A stretch of 64,000 nucleotides of DNA from Diplonema japonicum. Its lineage: Eukaryota > Protista > Euglenozoa: Diplonemea. The DNA is taken from positions 186,001 through 250,000 of the forward strand of contig OZ025735.1 of the NCBI GenBank assembly GCA_964019335.1, given 5' to 3'. The position numbers and the translations under genes were made by a program. The notes beneath the pieces are model-generated. The model saw only the letters and a program-made list of their open reading frames with translations. It was not told the DNA's origin and searched no databases. Shown here in pieces: positions 11,153 through 22,966 of this stretch (the stretch's first letter is position 1; every line of letters begins with the position of its first letter).

Positions 11153-11698
11153 GGAGAGTGTTAACATTTTTTGTGTGGTGTGTCAATGAACTTGTACGTT
11201 TAGTTTTAACAGACTCAAAAAAAAAAAAAAAGAAAAAAAAGTGTTTTTTTTTTTTTTAAATTCCCCTTCAGATACAGATTTCATTCCCCTTTTTTTTATG
11301 GAGGAAATAATACTGGCCGCGAAATGGTGTTTGCAAATAACGTCTCTATTAGGTTGAAAAAGAAATTCAAAAAGAGTTTGTAACCTTTGCGCACAAACAA
11401 AAGAACAACTTTCAAAGAAGCTTTGAAACTTTTGAACCTATACCTCTTGCCGCCTACCCCCCCCCCCCCCCCCCCCCTCCCCTCTTTTTTTATCGTTACA
11501 TTTTGTACTGCAGAGTGAAATCCTTTTTCTTTTCTATTCTTTTCTTTTGAAAATACTTTTTTTTTTCGTTCAAAGAAACATGCATATTTAAACAAAAGTC
11601 ATTTGTAGCTTGCCACGAAAAACCTCCTCTTTCTCACTCAAAACAGTATTTCTTTTTTTTTTTTTTTTATTATTGAACAAAATAAAGTCACAGTACAG

Positions 11699-11733
<35 letters not shown>

Positions 11734-12112
11734 CCCTCCCTCTAGGCTGACCGTGTTCGTCGGACTGGGTAGTTTTCTTTTCCCTTCATCCCCCCAAGGA
11801 GAAAAAAACCCTCTCTCAGACTGACAAAAAAGTCCAAGTTTTTTCTCTCCCACCCCCCCTTTTTTTTTTCCCGTGACCCGGGAATTTGTCAGTCTGAGAT
11901 TACCTGCTTTCTTTTTGCTTCATGCAAAAAGGAAAAGAAATACCGGAAAAAAAAAAAAACAAACCTTGTGTGCTATGCCGTGTTTTTTTTGCTTCAACTT
12001 TGTCTTGTTTTTTTTCCCCTCGTTCTCACACCAAGAACAACAACAACAACAACAACAACAGGAATATAAAAAAAAAAAAAAAAAAGTTGGGGGGAGGGCA
12101 AACAATGGTACG

Positions 12113-12838
12113 ATGTCGTACATAATTACAGACTGCAGCGACCAACAGATGGTGACCTCTAAGGGGACCGTGCTTCGCTTCGAGCGAAGGGTCATCATGC
12201 ACGTGGAGGAGAGGTTCTCCAGACCGGCCTCGAAAAAACCCGTATCGCTGGAGAAGTTCGCAAAGACACGAGAAGAAGGCGGGTTCCCCTTCTGCCTGTA
12301 CGGCTTTAAACGTGGGAAAAACGAAACCCACAGATATCAACTTGGAGGCCGCGACTTCAGGGAAGGCCTCGCCTGTAGGGGAAGACTAGAAGGCGGTCTT
12401 TCCTTCGGTCTGGGAAGGGCCTTATTAGTGTGGGGTTTCACTAATGCGAACCACTTGAAAAACCTCCCAGCTTTATGTGATATAGTGCCTTATATAGGAA
12501 GTTACCTCCCCCCACTGCGGACGAACAGAGTCCTGGTTTATCCTGTGGTGAACCTTATGGCGTCAAAAGACACCAAAGGTCTGTGCCTCACCGAGCAATG
12601 TGCAATAGAGACAACCCTGGCCCTGGCACCTAGCCCCCCGCGGCGAAGTCGGGCGAAGGTATCACCGTCGCCAAGCCCTCGGCGGAAGGTAAAGTCAAAA
12701 TCCCCGACCCCCGTGTCCCCCAGCCCGATAAAGCTCGTCAGAAGATCGCCTTCACCAACACCATTCAAGATGATACATTCGCCGAAGGTCTCCAGGGTGT
12801 CGAGGTCGCCGAGAGCGTCCTCAATATGGAGACCATGA
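12113..12838 (+). CDS. Hypothetical protein with basic Ser-Pro-rich tail
   Basis: Coding-like composition starts at ATG 12113 (the upstream ORF extension is homopolymer); SPxR/K-rich C-terminus. Confidence 0.65.
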   Translation: MSYIITDCSDQQMVTSKGTVLRFERRVIMHVEERFSRPASKKPVSLEKFAKTREEGGFPFCLYGFKRGKNETHRYQLGGRDFREGLACRGRLEGGLSFGLGRALLVWGFTNANHLKNLPALCDIVPYIGSYLPPLRTNRVLVYPVVNLMASKDTKGLCLTEQCAIETTLALAPSPPRRSRAKVSPSPSPRRKVKSKSPTPVSPSPIKLVRRSPSPTPFKMIHSPKVSRVSRSPRASSIWRP

Positions 12839-13066
12839 AGACGATTAGGAAGATTGTGTACTTGTATTTTTTTTTTTTTTTTTTTGTCTTTTTGTTTTGT
12901 TTTGTAGCTTACCCCCCCCTTTTTTTTGTTTTACGTATTGCTGACGTTTCATATTTTTATATTTTTCTCTGTTTCTTTTCTTTTTTCTTTTTCTTTTTTT
13001 TTTTTTTTTTCTCTATCACTTGCTACGGGAAAAAAAAAAAAAAAAGAAAAACAAAAAGGAACACAA

Positions 13067-16000
13067 ATGAAGCAGAGCTACTACTCTCCCGGAGGGGGGA
13101 TGACGTCCCCTGCAGTGGGGTACAGGGCGTCGCGGTCGCCTGCGAGGGAGACCATGAGCCCTCCAACGAACAGGGACGTGTTGCCGGCAGACTGGCCGAT
13201 GAACGGGGGGCAGCAGCAACAGGCAACGCCAGCTGGTTTCATGTTCACCCCGACTCCAGAGAGGGCGAACGACCGTGAGGGGTCAGTCACTATTTCGCAG
13301 TATGCCCAACTGCAGGCTGACAGGGCGACGGTGGAGGTGAAGCTGAACGTTGCAGAGAACAAGCTGAAAGATGCCCAAACTCGCGAGGGCTGCCTTGTCA
13401 ACCAGCTGCAAAGGGAGCGCACCCAGCACACTCAGGTCTGCCAGTACCTTCTTGACGCTTGCAAGTCTCTGTCTAAACAGGCCGAGGACCTCCCCGACTC
13501 TGTGTCATCGCCTTCCCGTGCGCCTGACTTCGCCAGAAAACTAGGAGAACAGCTCCGCGAGACTGAAGAAGACCGCGACGTCGCCATCGCCGCTTCACAG
13601 GCCGCCACAGCGAAGGTCGACCAGCTCACTATGGCCATCAAAGACCGTGATATCTGCATTACCTCTCTCGAAACAAAGCTCCGACAAGCAGACACACGGG
13701 TCGATGGTCTGGAGGCTGATGTTCAGCAGCTCCTCGACCAGCTCCGGATAGCCCAGACAAGCCCCGTGGGCCCCGCAGAGAAGTCAGCCGACGACTCTCT
13801 CCTCACCTGGGCCAATACCAACGAAACTGCTGTCCCCCCCAGACAGTCACCCTCTACCAGGGGGCCTATCCCCGCGCCACCCGTTGCCAAAAGCCCAGCA
13901 CGCCCCATCCAAACACCGCAGAGCACGAACACTGTCAACACCTCTCACGCCTCCACGAACCCACAGGAGACCACAGGGGAATGGCCCCCCAGCCCCAGGA
14001 GGCAGCTCAACACGTCTACCATGGACTCCACGCTGAACGACACCTTGCCGGAAGAGTTTCCCCTCAGCCCTAGGAGGGAGTTGCCGGCAGAGAACGGACC
14101 GGGTGAAGATTGGAGGCAGGCCGGCGAGGAGTGGCCCCCCAGTCCGAGGAGGAGTGTCCAGCCGGAAGAACGCCATCACGAGCCCCCTGCCCACCAGCAG
14201 GACTGGTCCAATGTGACAGCCACCCCTGACCAGAGGGAATGGCCCCCCAGCCCTCAAAGGAGTAGGAATTACGAGCAAGAAAGACACGAAGAGACACAGG
14301 AAGGGATCAACCAAAACGAGTGGCCCCCTAGTCCTGCCCGTGCAAGAGGGAGGGAACCCGAACCGGAGGAACACGAGACACAGGAGCCAATGGGAGAGGA
14401 ATGGCCTCCCTCGCCGGCAAGGAACAGGAACAGTGAAATGGAAGTTTGGGGAAAGGAATGGCCGCCAAGCCCGCAAAGGGAGAGGAACACCCCTGCTGAT
14501 GAGAGCCCGAGACGCGCACGCGGGAATGAGGGAGAGCGACAGGACGTAGAAGAGGGAAAGGAATGGCCCCCGAGCCCGAGGAGGTCGAGGGACGTCGGGC
14601 GCGAAGCAACGCGTGAGGCAGCACCGCAGGTTAGCCAGACAAAGAAGGCAGGCCCGTGGCCGCAGAGCCCGAGGAGGACACCGTCGTGTCAGGTACGTAC
14701 TTCGAACACATCAAGACAACACAATACAACAGCGCCACGATCTTACAACACCAGACTCGGAGAACGAACCGCAGTACGCGGAGAGCATCCACATGGAGGA
14801 CGACTCGCCACCGCGGTCGGAGCCGCACACGACAACCCCTGTTGATGCGGTGTGCATGCAACAACATTTCCCCTTTATACACAAAACACAGACGAACATT
14901 TCGCAGAAGTTGGAGTATACCCCGAACAGCCCGAAGACCAAACGGGATGACCTGAACGACTCGATGAACCAACTCGGCGGGCGGAGGAGAAGCGTGGGGT
15001 TTGTGGACGTCCCCAACGAACAGCACAGGAAACACTCAGAATGCAGCGATGTGGGTGCTGTGCGGCGCTCTGTGGACCTTATCAGAGCACCTTCTGACCT
15101 GACCCCGACTGCTGCAAAACTACGCATCGCAAAGCTTGAGAAGGAGATCAGACTGATAAAGGGCGAAGAGGAGCAGTCCGCTTTGGAAGGCGACATGAAA
15201 CGCCGCGCGGAGAAAGCGTTCAACGCCGTCGACGCCCTTCATCAAAAGGACGGGAGCATCTCAAAAACAGAGCTTGGAAGAGTTCTGAGGGAGGACAAGC
15301 TTGGCGCGAAGGTGCTCTTCCACGAGCTGGACGGCGACGACTCAGGCGAGATCGACATCCACGAGTGGCTCGGGTGGTTCGGAAAGCTAAAAAACAAAGA
15401 TGCAGCAGAAAACATGCTGGAGTGGATCGAGGAACGCTTGGAGGCTGTGTCTAAACAGAAGGGCGTGCACTTCTCAAGGGGTTTGAGCGAGCCCACGCAC
15501 TCCAAGGCAAAGCGTCTTTTCGAATGCATCCTCGATAGAGTCAACAACGAACATTTTATCTACAAACCTTCTTTGATCGCTATGCTCAAGGACGAAGGCT
15601 TGGTTATGAAAACCCTACCCAACAACGACGAGCAGAACGTGTACATGACGCACTGGATCTCTTGGCTGGAGGAAATCGACACTTCAGAACATTCGTCAGC
15701 TGCGTCAACACTGACATGGGTGGAGTCAAAGATCGATGCACAGCCACCGCAAGAAGCCCCTGCTGTGGATGAGGCTTACAATGGGCCATTGTCCGAAGAA
15801 CAGAGGCAGCGTGCTGTGGGTGCTTTTCACCGTCTGGATGAGCTATCGGGGAACGCAGGAGTTGTGACTATTGAAACACTCCTCCTTTCGCTCCAGATGC
15901 AGGCCCCGACCGCCAACATCGTTCTGAAGGAGCTTTATGACATCGTTAGCAGAGATGAAATTTACATGGTTTGTCTTTAATTCAGGGGGAGAGGGGGGAA

Positions 16001-16108
16001 AAAAAAAAATAACAAAAGGTGGACTGGATCGCATGGTTCGATTCTCTTGAACGCTCGAAAGGATCTTGTGGCGATATGCTGCAGCTACTTGAATCAAAGC
16101 TTGCGTGA
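13067..16108 (+). CDS. Coiled-coil / EWPPSP-repeat / EF-hand protein; join(13067..14692,14733..14849,14892..15968,16019..16108)
   Basis: 40-nt intron 14693-14732 fuses the two long ORFs in frame; 50-nt intron 15969-16018 completes a third W..W repeat (EIYM|VDWIAWF); EF-hand DGDDSGEIDIHE. Intron 14850-14891 is in-frame and less certain. Confidence 0.8.
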
Positions 16109-16764
16109 TTCCCGAAGGAGTGATGGGGGGGGGGCGTTTTTTTCTTCTTCTTTTTTTTTTTTCTTCCCCTTTTTATTATTATTATATTTTTTTTTTTTGT
16201 TCACTCACAGAGAAAAACGATATTCTTTTTTTTTTTTTTTTCCCTTCTTTTTCCCATATCCCCCATCCCACTTAGAATTTCGGGATTAGAGATATCCCGT
16301 GCGGCAAGTACGCCCTTTCCTTCTAGCCGTCTCTTTGGTAATACAACCAGCAGGGATGGAAAGAAAAAAAAGGGAATGTACAAGAAGAGGCATTATTTTC
16401 TTATGGCAAGACGCAAACGCCCTTTAGAGAGAGAGAAAAAAAAAAGAATTGGCGTGAATGGCGGGAATTTCTCATCCCCCCCCCTTTCACCCTTTCCATA
16501 TTTTGCTTAGATATTTCCTCCCCACTTTTAATTTTGATTCCCGCCCCCCCCCCCCCCCTTTATTTACTGTTGTTGTTTCCCCCTCCTTTCCTCTTTTTTC
16601 CCCCTCCCCCCCTCTTCTTTCTACCACCAACGCCGTTTCTTTATTTCCCCGTTTTCTTCTCGCTTAGAAAAAAAAGTATGCTTTCTGTTAGTCTACGATT
16701 TTTTTTATAAATGTTTTAAAAAAAAGAAAATCTTTAAAAAAGAAGGAACACCAACATCGACAAA

Positions 16765-18042
16765 ATGAGCATTGCTAAATCGTATCTTGCAAGTGGCATC
16801 ACAAGCAAGACAGCCAGGGGATTATGGGAAACCGCTTACAGTTTATACCAAACCGCAACGTTTCAAAAGAAAACGCTGTACTTCTATCACGCGCCGGAGT
16901 GCGCGGCTTCTGATGCTCTGTTGCAGGTTCTTCCTAAGCTGCTGGAGTGTTACCCTAAAGTGGACATCAAGGTCCGCACTGTCGCTCCTTGCAACGATCC
17001 GTCACTGGCGCCTTTCCCGGAAACCCTGGCAAAATGGGACCATACCGACGCGCAAGAATTCTCGAAATATCTCAAAGACATCTCACCTCCAACCACCATT
17101 GAGGAGCCTGCACTATCAACTGTAAGGAACATGCTTCTAAACCTTGAATCCAACCCGTCAGAGTACATCAAAACCGCGTTAGAGCTTCGCTCCAAAACAT
17201 CATTCTCGGACACTCCTCAAGCGAACGACGAGATGTTAAAGAGAAACCGAGCTGAGCTTGAACGAGCAGGACACTGGATGACAGGGACTATTTATTTTGG
17301 CGGGCGTTTCTACAGAGGGCTCGACAGGATGCGGCTTCTGGAAGAACAGCTGACAAAACAAGGTTTGGGCTCCGGAACGTGCATGGTGTACAATTCCTTC
17401 ACCCCACCGAAGCCCGTTGGTAACGAGAAGATTGAGGTGTGGTTGTCCCCACGATCACCTTACAGCTACCTTACCCTCGCGATAATCATGAGAGAAGGGA
17501 AAATATCGGACGAGGGTATTTTAAGATGGCATGGAACAGATGTGGTACTACGCCCTACGGTACCCATGGCCATGAGGGGGGTCAAGGTTCCGCTTAAAAA
17601 AGTGTTCACGATATTGTTTGACGCTGCTCGTGTTGCGCACCATCATGAGATTCCCTTCGGGTTCTTGAAGGATCCATTGGGGGATGCTGCAACAAACTTA
17701 TTGAAGGTTACCTGCTACCTTCAAAAAACACACCCTGGAAAAGAATGGACATTCTTGTTGGAGGCATACAAAGCTGCGTGGTCTCGTGCAATCGACCTTA
17801 CGTCCGAAGCAAACATTGTGTCCCTTGCTCCTCTTGCAGGTGTGACTGAAGACGACATCCGCGCAGGTCTCGCAGATGACACTTACTCTGTTTCCGTCAA
17901 GTCCTCCCGTGAGGATCTCTTTGAGAGTGGGCTGTGGGGGGTTCCCTCGTTTCGTTACAACGGGAAAGTTGCGTGGGGCCAAGACAGAATGTGGTTCATC
18001 GAAAGATGGCTTGGAGATTCTTCTGCAGAGCTCACTTTATAA
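16765..18042 (+). CDS. Tandem-domain DsbA-like / HCCA-isomerase (GST kappa class) protein
   Basis: SPRSPYSYL, GLWGVPSF and WGQDR in the C-domain; degenerate copy (GHWMTGTIY...YRGLDR) in the N-domain. Confidence 0.85.
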   Translation: MSIAKSYLASGITSKTARGLWETAYSLYQTATFQKKTLYFYHAPECAASDALLQVLPKLLECYPKVDIKVRTVAPCNDPSLAPFPETLAKWDHTDAQEFSKYLKDISPPTTIEEPALSTVRNMLLNLESNPSEYIKTALELRSKTSFSDTPQANDEMLKRNRAELERAGHWMTGTIYFGGRFYRGLDRMRLLEEQLTKQGLGSGTCMVYNSFTPPKPVGNEKIEVWLSPRSPYSYLTLAIIMREGKISDEGILRWHGTDVVLRPTVPMAMRGVKVPLKKVFTILFDAARVAHHHEIPFGFLKDPLGDAATNLLKVTCYLQKTHPGKEWTFLLEAYKAAWSRAIDLTSEANIVSLAPLAGVTEDDIRAGLADDTYSVSVKSSREDLFESGLWGVPSFRYNGKVAWGQDRMWFIERWLGDSSAELTL

Positions 18043-18297
18043 ACAATCGGATTTGGGAGAGGGAGGGGGGAGAATTAACTTTACTGGCTCAAGTTCTCTC
18101 CTCTCTCAAAAAAGAAGAAAAAACCTGTTTTGTGGCTACACCCAGACACAAGCAGGAAGGAACGGAGGGGAAAAAAAAAAAGATTTCTTTTTTTTTTTTC
18201 GAGTGTTCGACATCTTCTCAAAATTTCATTTTTTTTTTTCCTTCTTTTTTTTTTAAAAAAAATATTAGCATTCTTTGAGTAGTACCCCTAAGGAGTT

Positions 18298-18504
18298 ATG
18301 CACGATGCTAACCTGGAAAAGCTGGTGGTGGCCATTGCCAAGAGGGTAGGCAGCGTGCGAAGGGCCATCGAGGAGATAAAGGAAACCATCGAGCATGTCG
18401 AAGAAAGGGAGGAGCTAGGAGCGAGAGAGCTGCTAGAACGCATCGCAGAGGCACAGCACGAGACATGTGCGACACAAGACGAACTACTGAAACGCTTGAA
18501 TTAA
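18298..18504 (+). CDS. Small coiled-coil hypothetical protein (68 aa)
   Basis: GC-rich coding-like island between homopolymer tracts; heptad-like E/R/L pattern. Confidence 0.45.
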   Translation: MHDANLEKLVVAIAKRVGSVRRAIEEIKETIEHVEEREELGARELLERIAEAQHETCATQDELLKRLN

Positions 18505-18656
18505 AATTTACAAACCCCCCCCCCCCCAACAATCTCTCATATTTATCTCCCCAAAAACATGTTCAGCTTTAATAAAAATCCCCCCCCCCCGACAGGAGGA
18601 GTGGTTGGGGGAGGGGGTTTCGGTGTTTGGGAAAAAAAAAAAAAAAAAAAAAAAAA

Positions 18657-19827
18657 ATGGGTGATGATCTTCAGCGTGCCATGGCGGACCGTATGGCCCG
18701 CATGAGGGCGCAGGCTCACAGAGGGAGGACGGGGGGCAACCCACAGGTGATTCGCACCAGCGAGGCAAAGAAGCCGATGTACGTCCCCGATATTTCGGCG
18801 AGGCAGGAAATGTTCAAGAGCTTCCCGAACGCAGTGGGGAGCACAGGGGGGATGGCGCTCTCGACGTCGACGGCAACACCCACCACCACAGGCCAGCCGA
18901 GCTCAACAGCCAACAACACAGCTTCCTTCAACGCGAACAACTCCCGGCTATCAGAAGTATCAGACGACGAAGGTGCTGAAAAACTCCGGCAAAAGCTCCA
19001 AGACATGGGCATCAGTGAGACAGTAGCACCTCTTACACAAAGTATGGAACGGGAAGAAAGAAATAATAATAATAATAAATAAATAAAATAAGGCGACGTC
19101 CCTGCTGCAACCATGCGAAACGCACCGAAGCTCGACATTACTGACAAGCGAAGCTTTTTAGGACACGCGCCGCCGAAGTATGATTTTGTTCAGAAGAAAA
19201 ATAAAAAGAAAAAAAAAAAATAGAGTCGGGATGGTGTACTGTCATATAATAAGGGACCGCAGCGGGCTGAAGAAGCTGCACCCCGAATACACGTTGTACT
19301 TGGAGTCGGGTGTGGAGAGCCAGTTTTTGCTGGCGGCGAGGAAGAGAAAGAAGAACAAAACCAGCAATTACCTGATCTCGATGGACACAGAGGACCTGCA
19401 TAGAAACTCGGGGAATTTCTACGGAAAGGTGAGGAGCAACTTTTTAGGGACAGAGTTCACTGTCTATGACAGGGGCGAGAGGGCGAGCAAGGACGGCAGC
19501 GTCTCGCACCGACAGGAGCTTGCAGCGGTGCTCTACGAGGCCAACATAATCGGCAGCAAAGGACCAAGAAAAATGACAGCTGTGGTTCCATCTGTTGATG
19601 TGACTGGGAGGCGAACTACATGGAAGCAGGACACCGAAGACTCCGAAGGTCTTATCCTTGCCTACAAGGCGGGAGAGCGGAAGGACGACATGATGGTCTT
19701 GGAAAATAAAAAACCCAACTGGAACGAAGAGCTACGCGCGTACGTCCTCAATTTCAAAGGAAGGGTCACTGTCCCCAGCGTTAAGAATTTCCAGCTTGTT
19801 GAACGCCATACCGAGAAGGTATTTTTC

Positions 19828-19862
<35 letters not shown>

Positions 19863-19987
19863 TACTTGTCCAATTTGGAAAAATTGGCCCCGATAAATTC
19901 ACCCTTGATTTCCAATATCCCGTGAACGGGCTACAGGCGTTTTCTATTGCTCTGACGGCTTTCGACAATAAATTGGCTTGTGAGTAG
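18657..19987 (+). CDS. Tubby-like protein; join(18657..19041,19093..19177,19224..19818,19862..19987)
   Basis: FLLAARKRKK, GKVRSNFLGTEF, GPRKM, LNFKGRVT.PSVKNFQL, QFGK...LQAF..AL..FDNKLACE; three GT-AG introns (51, 46, 43 nt) restore one frame. Confidence 0.93.
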
Positions 19988-20457
19988 GGGGCGGAGAAGG
20001 GGGGAGGGGGGGATAAGAAATAGAATTCTGTTGAGTGGATAAGTTAGAATAAACAAATAAAAAACTTTTTTTAAGAAAAAAAAAAAAAAAACGGGATGGG
20101 GGATCTTTTTTTTTTCATTCTTTCGCCATCGCTTTCTCTTTTTTTTTTTGGCTTTTTTAAAGAACAGAATCGTTCTGAAACGGTAACTATTTATTGTCCA
20201 AAAAAAAAAACAAGAAAAAGAAAAAGCCACGACGCAATAAGCATGGGAATGCTATCGGGGGGGAGGGGGGGCTTGAAAAAAAAAAGAAACCTGGAAAAGA
20301 GACCTTCTCGTCTTGCATGGCATTATGTATCTTGCTTCCCCCACCTTCCCTTCCCTTCTCCTCTCCTCTCTTTTTTTGCATTAAAAAAAAATTGCTAGTT
20401 TTTTTTTCTTCATGCAGGGCAGCAAGGCCTTTGGCCGGGTCTAGGTGCGTAACGACA

Positions 20458-20600
20458 CCTCCCTTAAGCGAGTCATTTCAGAAAAGTATGTGTCAGGGTG
20501 ACGGGTGCTCGGCGGAGAAACAAGAATAAGGCAAAACCTTGGCCGGCCGGCTGTTATCAGCTACTGCACAACCAAGCGACAGACCTCTCAAAACAAGGGG
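20458..20600. repeat. Dispersed GC-rich repeat, copy A (related to 27218-27350)
   Basis: Shared blocks cccttaagcgagtcat, agggtgac.ggtgc.cgg, caagaataag.caaa and acag.cct.tca.aaca. Confidence 0.7.
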
Positions 20601-20780
20601 CAACATGGATTGCAACGTACCTTAAAAGAAATATTTTTTTTTTTTGTTTGACAAAAAAAAAAAAGGAAAAAAAAAAAAGAAAGCCCTCCGCTCACTCCCC
20701 CCAATTTCTTTTTGCAGATCCCATCCCCTCCAAAAAAAAAAAAAAAAAGTGGGGAGAGGAGAAGGGGAAACAAACGAAAA

Positions 20781-22930
20781 ATGGAACAACCCCCCGACAA
20801 TGACGAAGACGTTCTTACCCGGATTGAGAGAATGCGCGAGGCAGTGAGAGAGAAGGGAAAGCAGCTGGGGCTGCAGTACGGGCTCATGAAGGCGGCGAAA
20901 CACGTCGAGGCAAGGAAGAAAAAAGCAAAGGACGGCTTGTACCTTGACCCTTGCAGCTTCACAGCCCACCACGACCCTATGGCAATGCTGTCCCCCATAT
21001 CACCCTGCGAGATACTAAACCCGTGCCTTCCACAACTCGCAACAAAGTTCGGGACATCCGGATCAAAACAACTTCAAAGCCTTGTGAAATATCTCTCAGA
21101 CACCCCTGGAGTAAGCCGCGTATCAGACCTCGATTTTCTAAAAGTGATACAAGAATGGACGTCCACCGCGATAACAAGAAAAGAAGAGGAGAAAGACAGC
21201 ATTTCACCAAGCAGTTCAAAAGGCCAGGGACAGCTCAAGTTCAAATGGGAAAATCTGCCCAAAACACAGGCCACATCATTGTCAGGCCTTGACGACGTCA
21301 ATAAAGATGGAGAGCTTCTTTTCACATCCGACGCTGCGAATAGTCTGATTCGACTTCGCGCAGATGCAATTCACCAGCACGTAGCGCTTATTGTGTTAAA
21401 CACCGAGGGTGAGATTCTAACATGGAACACGCGAATGGAACAGGCAACCGGTGTGAATGCTTTATCTGCAGTTGGAAACGACATAACCGCCTTCCTCCCC
21501 CTCGAGCAAGACCAAGAAGAAATCTGGTCGTGCCTTACATTAATGGACAAGGACCAGAGCGTCGAACTTGCCCCGCACAACTACACCTTCACACGCTCCG
21601 ACGGTATCAACATGGCGCATCTTACCCTTCAGCTTATTGGAGGCCGGAGTCCCGGGCATATTTTGGCGGTCGGATCAGAGGCTATAAACAAAGCCGAGAC
21701 GAATTATTCAAAATGGGTTATCGAGCAGGTTCAAGAACCTCTTAAATCCCTGAAGACAACGTACCCAGACCAGCCCGACATCGCCAGCGTTTTGAACATC
21801 GTGAAGAAATCGCAGTCTGTGGACACGTCACGGTGGGGGCGGTTGAACATCCGCACGGCTTTGAAGAAGCTTGTCGTCAACTACCAGATGGACAACAGCA
21901 GCTCGCAGGACATTGAGGACAACGAGGTCAGCATAAAGCTTTGCATCGACCCGTCCGTTCCGGAAGAGGTACACACGGACTTCAACAGATACCCACTTTG
22001 CGTAGCGTACTTAGTGACAAACGCCGTTCGATTCTCACCAAAAGGCGGGCAAGTCCAGATAGAAGTGGGCCATGAACGGTGCACGCCCGAGGCAATGGGG
22101 AAAATCGTGGTAAAAGTAAGCGATGAGGGCAGTGGTATGCCGGAAGACGTCCTCAAAGCGCTGAAAGACTACAACGACGAGGTCGCACCCGGGTTGGTTG
22201 GAATCAAAATGGTGTTGGATGAAGTTGGGGGTTCATTGAGGCATATTGAAAATAAAATTGTTCAAAGAGGCCGTCGAGGCGCGGCTGCAGGAGAGACCAT
22301 GGGTGTCCCCGTTCGAGGCGAAACCGTGACAAAGGGCAGCACAGCGATTGTGGAAATTCCCAGGCTGACCATACCCAGAACCGTCCGCCCCCCCGGTGCA
22401 AGCATGACAAACTCTGTCTCCATGACAAGGTCATTCCTCACAAAGAAAAGCACGAGGTCCACCGAAACGACAAAGGCTGTTCAAGAAGCGAGGCACGAGC
22501 TCCTCCAGCAGGGCATGACGCCATTGGTGAGGTGCCTTGTCGTGGAGTCCAACGTTATCTACAGAATGTCGTTTTGCCATCATTTATGGGAACGGTCCTA
22601 CGCCCTCTCCCTTGCCGGGTCCATCCCCGAGGTCATGCAACAGATTGACAGCATAGACATCATCGTCATAGATGTGGAGGAAGAAGAGATGAACATTGAA
22701 GAACTCATCCAGTCACTGACCACAGATTACACACACGTGCAAGTATGCGACAAGGGGTTTATATGACAATAAAAATAAAAAAATATAAAAAAGGTCATCC
22801 TCGCATCGCGGATTTTCAACGCGGCACAAAAACAGACTATTAAAGATGCGTGCTGGTTTGGGATTACCCTCCCCGTGCAGAGCCATGAGCTGCAAGGCAC
22901 GTTGGACGAGGTATGTTTTTCAGGAAAGGG

Positions 22931-22966
<36 letters not shown>

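Noticed and set aside
19796-19987. Programmed frameshifting on A-runs as the cause of split ORFs
   Set aside because: Each break is bounded by GT...AG, and removal yields the conserved protein without poly-Lys.
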